Positions 26,305 to 33,710 of a DNA stretch of 40,000 nucleotides are shown here, in pieces (position 1 is the stretch's first letter; every line of letters begins with the position of its first letter). The DNA comes from Tepidiformaceae bacterium (GTDB lineage Bacteria; Chloroflexota; Dehalococcoidia; Tepidiformales; Tepidiformaceae). The position numbers and the translations under genes are program-made. The notes beneath the pieces were generated by a model that searched no databases, was not told the origin of the DNA, and worked only from the letters and a program-made list of their open reading frames with translations. The DNA is taken from positions 2,403,650-2,443,649 of the forward strand of contig OZ246422.1 of NCBI GenBank assembly GCA_965231185.1, written 5' to 3'.

Positions 26305-27372
26305 TTAGTTGATGCGTACGGACTCGGAGGTTTGCTCCGTGACGATCTCCGCCCGCGCCTCGGGGTCGAGGAGTGCGCTGAGCTTCTTGTGGTCGACCGC
26401 GTAGCGCGTGCTGCGCACGAGGCTGACCGTGTGACTCCCGAGGTCCGCCTTCGCGGACCCCCGCTGGCGCATCCAGGCCTTCAGGGTGTCCAGGGCCTGG
26501 CGCTTCGCTTGCTCGGGTTCCCGCAGGACCGCCCGCGCAGCCACGTAGGCGGCGACCGCCTCGCGGGCCTCCTCGTCGCTCACCTCGGGTTCTTCGCTCT
26601 CCGCGGCTTCTGTGGCCTCCTCCGCGTTGCCCGGTAGGCAGGTGGCGAGGAAAGGGCACGAGCGGCAGCGCCAGCTGCCCGCCTCGAAGTCGCGCTCGGG
26701 CAGGACTTCGGGATCCGCCCCGTTCCTGGCGTAGTGCGCGCCCAGGGGAGCAAGCCACTCGCGTGTCCGCTCCAGGGCGCCCTCCACCCGCTCTGCGGGG
26801 ATAACCTCCGTGTCCCAGGCGCGGGCGCCCGTGTCCATGACGGCGAGGACGGCGTCGCGCGCCTCCCCGTAAAGCCCGTAGGTGTAGAGGGCCGCCTGGG
26901 CTACGGCGTCCGGGTGACTCCGCTCCGCCCCCAGCGCCTGCCAGCGCTTGAAGGCGGAGGGGCCGCGGGTCTTCACCTCGATCACGGCCTCGCCCCCGAA
27001 GAGGGGCGCCTGGCCGGTGGCGTCCGGGTGACCCGTCACCTTCACCGTGGGGGTGAGCTGCAGGATGACGGTCTGTGGGTGCTGCGAGTCCGCGGGAGCG
27101 ACCTCCCAGCCGGCCCGCTGCATGGCGCCCAGCACCACCGGCTCCAGGGCGCTTCCCGTCTCCATGACGGTGAGCGCCTCGTTGCTCGGGGGTGCGGGCT
27201 CGTGGCCCGTGGCGGCGTACCAGAGGGCGCGCCGGCAGCCTGTGGCCGCCGAGGCCCGCACCTCAAGCTGCCCCTCCCAGTCGAAGCGAGCGCTGGGACG
27301 GTCGTAGACGCCCGCCCGATCCACGGGCGGGTCGACGGTTCCGGAGCTGACTCCGGGCAGTGTTTCCTTCAT
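26305..27372 (-). CDS. Cas4-like PD-(D/E)XK exonuclease with a C-terminal extension
   Basis: SD GAGGAGGAA lies ahead of ATG 27372. TGCRRALWY (N-terminal Cys), GHPDATG, AVIEVKTRG (ExK), QAALYTYGL (QxxxY), CRSCPFLATC (Cx2Cx5C), then an acidic linker and a C-terminal domain of about 90 aa. Confidence 0.75.
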   Translation of the reverse strand: MKETLPGVSSGTVDPPVDRAGVYDRPSARFDWEGQLEVRASAATGCRRALWYAATGHEPAPPSNEALTVMETGSALEPVVLGAMQRAGWEVAPADSQHPQTVILQLTPTVKVTGHPDATGQAPLFGGEAVIEVKTRGPSAFKRWQALGAERSHPDAVAQAALYTYGLYGEARDAVLAVMDTGARAWDTEVIPAERVEGALERTREWLAPLGAHYARNGADPEVLPERDFEAGSWRCRSCPFLATCLPGNAEEATEAAESEEPEVSDEEAREAVAAYVAARAVLREPEQAKRQALDTLKAWMRQRGSAKADLGSHTVSLVRSTRYAVDHKKLSALLDPEARAEIVTEQTSESVRIN

Positions 27373-27395
27373 GGCTTCCTCCTCTGAGATCAAGA

Positions 27396-27437
27396 GCGGG
27401 GCCACCCCGGTGTGGGAGCGGCCCCGTGCTGGCGCCC
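27396..27437 (-). repeat. Recurring intergenic hairpin plus conserved tail
   Basis: GCGGGGCC...GGCCCCGTGCTGGCGCC. Confidence 0.5.
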
Positions 27438-27469
27438 GCGCGTGACGGGCGGCGGTGGATGGCTGTGGG

Positions 27470-27877
27470 CTAGAAGGGCGTGGGCGCGGAGGCCGCAGGC
27501 GCGCTGCTGGACTCCTCGCCCTCCTCTCGCTCCCTGGACTCCCCGTTACCGTTGCCGTTGGAGTCGAGGAAGACGACCTCCTGGGCGTGCACCTCCGTGC
27601 GGTGACGGCGCTGGCCGTCCTCGGTCTCGAACGTGTTCTGGGCGAGCGAGCCCGCGACGAAGAGGCGGTTGCCCTTCTTCACGTACTCGGCCACGGCCTC
27701 CGCCTGCTTGCCCCAGCAGACGATGGAGTGCCAGTCGACCTCCGTATCGCCGCTCTGGCGGCGGCGGTCGGTGGCCAGCCGCAGGGTGGTGACGGCGGTG
27801 CCGCCCTGGCTGTAGCGCATCTCGGGGTCGGTCCCGACGCGGCCCAGCAGTTCGACTCGATTGATCGTGCGTGACAT
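27470..27877 (-). CDS. ssb: Single-stranded DNA-binding protein, copy 2
   Basis: MSRTINRVELLGRVGTDPEMR... Hand alignment gives 113/135 identical residues to copy 1. The differences concentrate in the Gly/acidic linker, and the APTPF tip is the same. Confidence 0.9.
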   Translation of the reverse strand: MSRTINRVELLGRVGTDPEMRYSQGGTAVTTLRLATDRRRQSGDTEVDWHSIVCWGKQAEAVAEYVKKGNRLFVAGSLAQNTFETEDGQRRHRTEVHAQEVVFLDSNGNGNGESREREEGEESSSAPAASAPTPF

Positions 27878-27956
27878 TTTCAAAATCTCCTCTGTTTGGT
27901 GGTGGTTGGCGTCATGGATGGGGGTAGCGGGGAGACCGCTCCCGGGCGGAATGGGT

Positions 27957-27995
27957 GGCGGGGCCGCCCCGGGAGGGACGACCCCGTATCGGCGC
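27957..27995 (-). repeat. Recurring intergenic hairpin plus conserved tail
   Basis: GGCGGGGCCGCCCCGGGAGGGACGACCCCGTATCGGCGC. Confidence 0.5.
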
Positions 27996-28024
27996 TCCCT
28001 CACAGGGGCGTCGGGGCGGAAGGG

Positions 28025-28750
28025 TCAGGCGGCCTTCGGCTCGTCCTCCGCTCCGGAGGTCTGGAGCTTCCGGGCCATGGACTCGAGGAGGCTCGTGACT
28101 TCGGAGACGGGCAGCTCGTCGAGGTCCTTGCCCGTGCGGCTGCGCACGGCGTCCCGCACCTGTCCCTCGTCGAAGCCCTGCTTGCGCCCCAGCTCGACGA
28201 TCGTGCGGCGCAGGGAGGGAGCGGCGTCGCCGGGTGCGCCGTCGCCGTAGAGGCTGTTCCCAAACTGCTCGCCGTAGCCCCGCAGGGCGCGCTTGAGGGC
28301 GTCCGTCACGGCGCCCTTGAAGGCCGTCTCGTGGCCCTCCGCCGTCTCCTCGGCGACCGCGTGGAAACCCACGTCCGTGCGCGAGGGGGCGCCGGGGACG
28401 GTCATCCGAACGGTGGCGGCGTAGGCGCGCATGTGGCGCGTCTCGCCCGTCTTCGGGTCGACGCTCTCGCTCTCCCGCAGCTCGACGGGGCCGGTGAGCT
28501 CGTAGCCCCAGCCGCCGAACCCGAAGATGCGGTTGGCCTGGTCGATGGCGGCGCGCCCTTCGAGGTAGGCGAAGGTGCGTCCGCCCCGCCCCTTGCGATG
28601 GGAGACGAGTCCCTCGTCGAGGGGCTCGCCCAGCTTCTGCGTCGTGGCGGGCGGGAGGCCGTCCCAGAGCAGGTCGCGCTCCTCGGCGGCGACGGGCTCG
28701 GGGTGTGAGCCGTTGCGGCTCCCGTTGAGGGTGATGGTTCCGTTCTGCAT
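28025..28750 (-). CDS. Rad52/Rad22-family single-strand annealing protein
   Basis: SD AAGGAGAAA lies ahead of ATG 28750. GRTFAYLEGRAAIDQANRIFGFGGWGYE and KGAVTDALKRALRGYGEQFGNSLY are classic Rad52-fold signatures. Confidence 0.75.
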   Translation of the reverse strand: MQNGTITLNGSRNGSHPEPVAAEERDLLWDGLPPATTQKLGEPLDEGLVSHRKGRGGRTFAYLEGRAAIDQANRIFGFGGWGYELTGPVELRESESVDPKTGETRHMRAYAATVRMTVPGAPSRTDVGFHAVAEETAEGHETAFKGAVTDALKRALRGYGEQFGNSLYGDGAPGDAAPSLRRTIVELGRKQGFDEGQVRDAVRSRTGKDLDELPVSEVTSLLESMARKLQTSGAEDEPKAA

Positions 28751-28797
28751 GGTTCTTTCTCCTTGTGTGTTTCGTGCTGTGTGGACGACTTCGGTGC

Positions 28798-28827
28798 GGG
28801 TCTCCCCTGCGGGAGGCCCGTGGGCGG
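28798..28827 (-). repeat. Recurring intergenic hairpin plus conserved tail
   Basis: GGGTCTCCC, loop CTGC, GGGAGGCCC, followed by GTGGGCGG. A further hairpin, GCGCGGGG cgttca CCCCGCGC, lies at 28880-28901. Confidence 0.45.
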
Positions 28828-28983
28828 GGCAAGCCCCGGCGGTCAGCGGCCATGTGGCCTCCTTCGGTGTGGGTGATGGGCGCGGGGCGTTCACCCCGCG
28901 CATTGGCGTTGGGGCATGGGTGGCCGCCCGATCCCCCATGGGAGGCCGGTGCGATCACAAGCTGGGTGGTTGGAGTGGGGTGG

Positions 28984-30027
28984 CTAGACGGCGGCTCGCG
29001 CCGCCCGCGTGAGCAGGTGCTCGAAGACCGTCCATCCGTGGGACGAGGCGGCAAGCTCCGCCACGTCGGAGACGCTGGCGGGCAAAGCCACGGTGGTGGC
29101 GCGGGGGCCAAGTAAGCCCCCAAGCCGCGCCGCCGCTTCGCGTCCCGCCGCGTCGTTGTCGAAGGCGAGGAAGACCCTCGGGCAGCCCCGCAGAGCGCTG
29201 GCCACTCGCTCAAGCCCCTGCGTCCCCAGGGCGGCGCAGGCGGGCAGGCCCCACTGCGCCAGGCCGAGCCAGTCGAAGACGCCTTCGGCCACGACCGCCC
29301 ACGAGGGCGCGGGGCCAAGCCGCCCCTGCCCGAGCACGGGCTTGGAACCTGGCAGCGACTGGAACCGGGGCGTCACGCCGGGGTCGATGGCCCGCCCCGC
29401 AAGCCAGCGCACGCGCCCGCCCGCGACCTCGGGGACGACGACCATGCCGGCGAAGCGCTCGCCCCGCTCCGTGAACAACCCCGAGTTCCTGAGCCGCTCC
29501 TCGCTGAAGCCGGCGCCCTCAAGGAAGCGCCGCAGCCCGCGTCCCGGCGCGTAGCCCAGGCCCAGGCGTGCAGCCGTCTCCAGGCGGATGCCCCGTGAGG
29601 CGAGGTAGCCCCTCGCCTCACGGCTGCGGCGCAGCTCCCCGCCGTAGAACCGGGCCGCCCCTGTCAGCAGCGCCGGGTCCCGCGAGGGCACCGGCGCGGG
29701 AGCTGGCCGGCGGTGCTTGGGGCTGACCACAGCGGTCGGCGGGGCGGCATCGAGCCGCCGGATCGCCTCGGGCAGGCTCAGGCCCTCGGCGCGCTGGAGG
29801 AAGTCCAGCACGTCGCCACCCTCGCCGCAGCCGAAGCAGTACCAGCGCTCCGTGTCGCCGTACACCGTGAAGCTGCCCTCGCGCTCTTCGTGGAAGGGGC
29901 AGACGCCCTGGCGGACGCGACCCCTACCCCGCAGTGGCACGCCCGCGCCTTCCACCACCTCGGCGAGGAGGTGGCGGCGCTTGAGGGCGGCGAGGTCGAC
30001 CGGGGCGGTGCTGGCGGCGGCCGTCAC
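28984..30027 (-). CDS. DnaG-like primase (CHC2 zinc finger plus Toprim)
   Basis: CPFHEEREGSFTVYGDTERWYCFGCGEGGDVLDFL (CHC2). VVAEGVFDWL and VFLAFDNDAAGREAA (Toprim E and DxD). GTG start overlaps the upstream stop (GTGA). Confidence 0.85.
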   Translation of the reverse strand: MTAAASTAPVDLAALKRRHLLAEVVEGAGVPLRGRGRVRQGVCPFHEEREGSFTVYGDTERWYCFGCGEGGDVLDFLQRAEGLSLPEAIRRLDAAPPTAVVSPKHRRPAPAPVPSRDPALLTGAARFYGGELRRSREARGYLASRGIRLETAARLGLGYAPGRGLRRFLEGAGFSEERLRNSGLFTERGERFAGMVVVPEVAGGRVRWLAGRAIDPGVTPRFQSLPGSKPVLGQGRLGPAPSWAVVAEGVFDWLGLAQWGLPACAALGTQGLERVASALRGCPRVFLAFDNDAAGREAAARLGGLLGPRATTVALPASVSDVAELAASSHGWTVFEHLLTRAARAAV

Positions 30028-30479
30028 GCGGAGCCTCCAGCCAGGGGCCGGAGCCCCCGCAGGCTGCGTCGCGAGGTGGTCTTGCCGGAACGCCAGCGCA
30101 TCCCCAGGACGGCCAGCACTTCCAGGGTGCTGCCATCGCCACGGGGGGCGAGAACCGCCGCCCGTCCGATGTCAGGGCTGTAGACGAGCGCCCCGCCATC
30201 GGCGAAGCGCCTCTGTGCGAGGTCGAGCCACTCGGCGTACACCCAGCGTGTCTCGTGTGGTTCCGCCGCTGCCATGTCGACGCCGGCGAGGAGCGCCAGC
30301 GCCCCATCGAGGTCGCCCGCCTGCCGCAGCCGGCGCGCGTCGTGGACGTGGCGCGCGAGGCTCTGCTCGGCGGCCTCGGGGGCGCCCCCGAAGATGCTGT
30401 CGATGAGCCGGTCCACCAGGTCTTCGATGGTGGGCCGGGTTGCGGTCGTGAACGGAATGCTCGTGGTTGCGGTGGTCAC
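30024..30479 (-). CDS. Hypothetical protein (151 aa)
   Basis: GTG 30479 preceded by SD GAGGAGG. Sequence VTTATTSIPFTTATRPTIEDLVDRLIDSIFGG... 4-nt overlaps on both sides. The long N-terminal extension in the track ORF is rejected. Confidence 0.55.
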   Translation of the reverse strand: MTTATTSIPFTTATRPTIEDLVDRLIDSIFGGAPEAAEQSLARHVHDARRLRQAGDLDGALALLAGVDMAAAEPHETRWVYAEWLDLAQRRFADGGALVYSPDIGRAAVLAPRGDGSTLEVLAVLGMRWRSGKTTSRRSLRGLRPLAGGSA

Positions 30480-30688
30480 TGTGGCCTCCTCGTTGTGGTG
30501 GTGGGTCGTGGGGTCGGTCGAATGAGTTGGCGGAGCACGAGCGCTCCCAGAACGAGGCCCGCCGCGTTCAGCGCGAAGAGCTCCAGGTCGCCGGTCAGGG
30601 GCAGCGGGCCTATCAGCAGGACCGCCGCCGCCAGCCGGGTGCGCCACCCCATGCGGGCGGCCGTCGTAATCGCTTCCGTGATGTGCAT
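30476..30688 (-). CDS. Small predicted membrane protein (70 aa), first gene of the minus-strand operon
   Basis: SD GAGGAGAG lies ahead of ATG 30688. MHITEAITTAARMGWRTRLAAAVLLIGPLPLTGDLELFALNAAGLVLGALVL contains two hydrophobic segments. Confidence 0.45.
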   Translation of the reverse strand: MHITEAITTAARMGWRTRLAAAVLLIGPLPLTGDLELFALNAAGLVLGALVLRQLIRPTPRPTTTTRRPQ

Positions 30689-31482
30689 GCGTCTCTCCTC
30701 TGCGTGCATCTGGCCCACGCCCGCATCCACGGCGCGGAGGTCGTTGGTCGCTGGACACACTCCGCCCACGGTCGGATGCAGAACCGGGGAACGGGGGAGT
30801 GGCTTGTACCCGGACCCACCCGCGACTCGAACGTGCAGGGGCCGGGGAAGAAGGCGCAGATCGCCCAGGGTCTATTCGCAGTGAAGGAACGCTGGCGGCT
30901 GCGGGGATGTGGAGCGGCCGGCCTGCGACGATGTAATCGGCGGACGGCGCGCATGAGACGCAGCGAGGACTCGCCCTGGTGCATCCCTTGCGAGACACGG
31001 GCGAGCCCTCAGTTGTGCGTGGTGACGATGTGGCGTTGTTATGGGTGGGCGGCGCTCCGGGGTCTGGGAAACGGGCTTAGCGCGGAACGCACTTCCCCCA
31101 CGGTCCCCCAGGTGCAGGTTTGCACTCTGGTCGTAGCTGCGGGCGAAGGGCTTATCACTCCACTTCGCAGCTCATCCCTCGTTGGCGATCCGTCGGGAGA
31201 GCGAAGCTCGATCCTTCTGGGTCATCCGGGCCGAGGAAGGAACCCCCAGGTTTCTCAGGCGGGAAACGCTGGAAAAGCCAGAAATCGAGGATGAGTATCG
31301 CCACAGGCTTGGAGCGTGCGCAACGGCTTTGGGGCGCTCACGGGCAAAGTCGTCGTTCCAGTTCGACGGAACCCTAAGCAGTTGCCGTTCTGGCACTGCC
31401 TCCCCGCCCTCCCGCATCTGCCACACGGCCCCTGGCCGAGGTGGCCACGAGGCCTTCCTGTCCACCAGACCGGAGGCTCGCC

Positions 31483-31827
31483 ATGTCGCTTGAGATGCTT
31501 CCCCGGCCGCCTGGACGCGAAGGCCGCGCCCCTGGACGAGGGCGTCCCCTGCGGGTGGCGCTGGGCGCCCTGTCCATCACAGCAGCGTTGGCCGCTCTCA
31601 TCGCCGCTCTGGTCGTGCTTGTGTCGGACTGCGCCGGCGGCCCGGATGGCGCCGACCCGGCATCCCTGCCCTCGGTCAGCCAGGCGTCGAGGAACGCTCG
31701 ATCAGCACCATCAGGGCGGTCAGGCCCAGCAGCACCCCGGAGGTCAGGACCCGCCCCGCCCAGCGCCGCACCTCACCCCATGCACGCGCCCGCTGCGCGT
31801 CCTGCAGGGCCTTCCAACGCCAGCTGA
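31483..31827 (+). CDS. Possible small membrane/secreted protein (low confidence)
   Basis: SD GGAGG sits 6 nt ahead of ATG 31483. MSLEMLPRPPGR...LRVALGALSITAALAALIAALVVLVSDCAGG is signal/TM-like. The last 150 nt or so are antisense to the convergent gene and lose the GC3 bias. Confidence 0.25.
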   Translation: MSLEMLPRPPGREGRAPGRGRPLRVALGALSITAALAALIAALVVLVSDCAGGPDGADPASLPSVSQASRNARSAPSGRSGPAAPRRSGPAPPSAAPHPMHAPAARPAGPSNAS

Positions 31828-32620
31828 GCTGACCGTGCCGCCACACGCCGCGCTGCGGAAACGCCGCCGGCGGCAGCGTCAGACGGTGCTCATCCAGCAT
31901 CGCCACCTCCAGCTCCAGGATGCGCTCGTCCCGCCTGAGCCACTCCAGCCCCTTGCCCGGTCGTACGTGCACCTTCCACAGCCGGCGCCACTCCTCCACC
32001 AGCGGCCAGGCCTCGCCGTACACCTCCGCGTCGTCGGGGGCAGGGTCCTCAGTTACGAGGTCGGGGTACAGCCTCGGCGGTGAGTACTTCTTCGCTGGCT
32101 CCGGCTGCTGCTCCGGCCTCGCACCCTGGCCGGGACGCTCCGTGGACGGTACGTCCACCACCGGCATGCGCTGGGGCTCAGGCGCTTCCTGGGCACTCTG
32201 TCGCGCCGCCCGCGGGGGCGGACCGCCCACCACTGCTTCCCCGTCCACGGGCGCTTCCCTCAGGGCCTGGCTGGATTCCAGCCGCTCCAGTCGCCGTTCG
32301 AGGCGCTTCCATGCCTCGGCGTGTTCCTCCCGCAGCGCCTTCACCTCAGCGGTGACCGCTTCGCGGAGGACGCGCGCCTCCCGCTCCGGCACGGCCGTGT
32401 CCTCCTGCCGCCGTGGTCCCGCACTCAGCCTCCGCTCGAGCGCCGCGCGCATCAGCCTGGAGGGCGTTCCCCGTTTCAGGCTCGCCGCCAGCGTGCGCGG
32501 ATCGACTGCCAGCGCCTCCGCCGTGCGGGCACGTCCCCGCTCGTGCACCAGCTCCCTCAGCAGCGCCATCAGCCGCTGGTCGTGCGTCTCCGCCGCATTC
32601 CCCTTCGTCGCCACATCCAT
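31676..32620 (-). CDS. Hypothetical protein with an HTH-like N-terminus, coiled-coil centre and C-terminal TM helix
   Basis: SD AAGGAGG lies ahead of ATG 32620. RTAEALAVDPRTLAASLKRG (HTH-like), EVKALREEHAEAWKRLERRLERLESS (coiled coil), VLTSGVLLGLTALMVLI (TM). The 63-codon upstream extension in the track ORF is rejected. Confidence 0.6.
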   Translation of the reverse strand: MDVATKGNAAETHDQRLMALLRELVHERGRARTAEALAVDPRTLAASLKRGTPSRLMRAALERRLSAGPRRQEDTAVPEREARVLREAVTAEVKALREEHAEAWKRLERRLERLESSQALREAPVDGEAVVGGPPPRAARQSAQEAPEPQRMPVVDVPSTERPGQGARPEQQPEPAKKYSPPRLYPDLVTEDPAPDDAEVYGEAWPLVEEWRRLWKVHVRPGKGLEWLRRDERILELEVAMLDEHRLTLPPAAFPQRGVWRHGQLSWRWKALQDAQRARAWGEVRRWAGRVLTSGVLLGLTALMVLIERSSTPG

Positions 32621-32687
32621 CGGTCCTGCCCCTCCTTGACTGCCGTCACCCGGGTCTGGCGGGGTCTGCACACTTGCCCTTCGGGGG

Positions 32688-32804
32688 TGCAAAGTTGCGC
32701 TTTGCGCGTGGGACCCGCACGTCCGTGAAGAAGTTGGTTGCTTCCTGCCGGGGTTCCCGGAAACGCCTTGTTTCATGGGGTCAGGACCGGCATGCAACTT
32801 TGCA
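32688..32804. promoter_or_regulatory. Pair of inverted 12-mers (candidate operator) upstream of the gene 31676-32620
   Basis: TGCAAAGTTGCG at 32688-32699 and TGCAACTTTGCA at 32793-32804 (reverse complement TGCAAAGTTGCA). They lie 68 and 173 bp upstream of ATG 32620. Confidence 0.35.
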
Positions 32805-32912
32805 ACCAACCCTCATATCCCTGTACACGTCGGGCGCCTCCAAAGAGGCCCCTTTCGGCAGCAAACGTGCGTCTCAGGAAACCACACCCAGCCGTCGTGA
32901 GGCAGGGCCTGA

Positions 32913-32938
32913 CAGGGGGTTCACCCGCGAACCCCCTG
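32913..32938. other. Perfect 10-bp-stem hairpin at the right edge of the high-GC block
   Basis: CAGGGGGTTC (32913-32922), loop ACCCGC, GAACCCCCTG (32929-32938). Confidence 0.4.
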
Positions 32939-33541
32939 TAGGTTCACAAGGGATCGCAGGCGAGAGATGGGAGGCAGGGCCGAAAGCAGATGAGCGCCCC
33001 GCCAGCAGGACTCTCTGACTCATTGCGAGCGGCAGAATGCACTCAATCTGCCACCTGCGCCTGCCGTAGCCCCAGACGACGGCCTCCTTGCTCAATCTGG
33101 TGACGGAGAATGCCTCGGCTGGTTGGACTGCTGGACGAGCAGGGTCTCACTGGCAAATTGGGTAGATTGGCGCCGCCAGAGACCGAGCGGGTTTCCTGCG
33201 GACCTAGTCCGACCCACGCAAGTATTACATGGCGATCGTTGGGTCTCCCCTCCCTAGTAGCAGTCCACTCGGCCCACCTCGGCCGGGACGCAAGTGGCGC
33301 TGGCGGCATGCGCCCCAGACCACCCGGTCCTCTCCACGCTGAAGCGCTATTGGGGCTAGCTGACTCAAGGCCACCTGCGAGTTGCGGTGACGTTGTAGCT
33401 CAAGCCGAAGCGCACACCCTCGATTCCGAGGCTGGCGGTTGCCGTCGACTAACCCGGCGGGAACCAACGAGGGCAGAAGCCCGGCGCGACCAAGCCTGGT
33501 GGCAGACAGTCATGTTCAAGTATCTACGTGGTCTACTACTA

Positions 33542-33585
33542 GTGATTATTCTGTGATGCCGACGTGATAATTCGGTGATTACCGC
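33542..33585 (+). promoter_or_regulatory. Four GTGAT direct repeats with exact 11-bp phasing upstream of the LRR protein gene
   Basis: GTGAT starts at 33542, 33553, 33564 and 33575 (GTGATTATTCT GTGATGCCGAC GTGATAATTCG GTGATTACCGC). The patch is locally AT-rich and lies about 130-170 bp upstream of GTG 33711. Confidence 0.45.
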
Positions 33586-33710
33586 AGAGGACTACTTACA
33601 CCTATACCGGCCGTCATCTAAGTTCCCTTCCCCGTGCAGATTTCCAGGGCATGCCCTGCGAACCATCGAGGAGACATGCAACTCCGGCACGTCAGGAAAG
33701 GAACACCTTC

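Larger units (their letters stand above)
27467..27996 (-). repeat. Copy B of the approximately 530-bp direct duplication (ssb plus 5-prime leader)
   Basis: See copy A. The offset between copies is about 1715 bp. Confidence 0.85.

Noticed and set aside
27912-29318. 468-aa minus-strand ORF, including an internal ATG (28853) with a good SD (GAAGGAGG)
   Set aside because: It runs out of frame across the Rad52-like gene and the intergenic hairpins, and its translation is Arg/Pro/His-rich low complexity. The SD-like string is probably coincidental in purine-rich spacer sequence.
31085-31115. 6C-like small RNA (two C-runs, CTTCCCCCACGGTCCCCCAGG)
   Set aside because: The C-runs are only five residues long and the two flanking stem-loops expected for the 6C motif are not evident.
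31172-31225. 17-codon minus-strand mini-ORF (MTQKDRASLSRRIANEG)
   Set aside because: It has no SD, is too short to evaluate and lacks supporting context.
32620-33710. tRNA/tmRNA gene or att site marking the element boundary
   Set aside because: I found no T-arm/GTTCRANYC-type signature, no CCA-proximal acceptor stem and no convincing direct repeat shared with 19733-19969. This cannot be excluded without tRNAscan-SE or ARAGORN and a comparison with an empty site.
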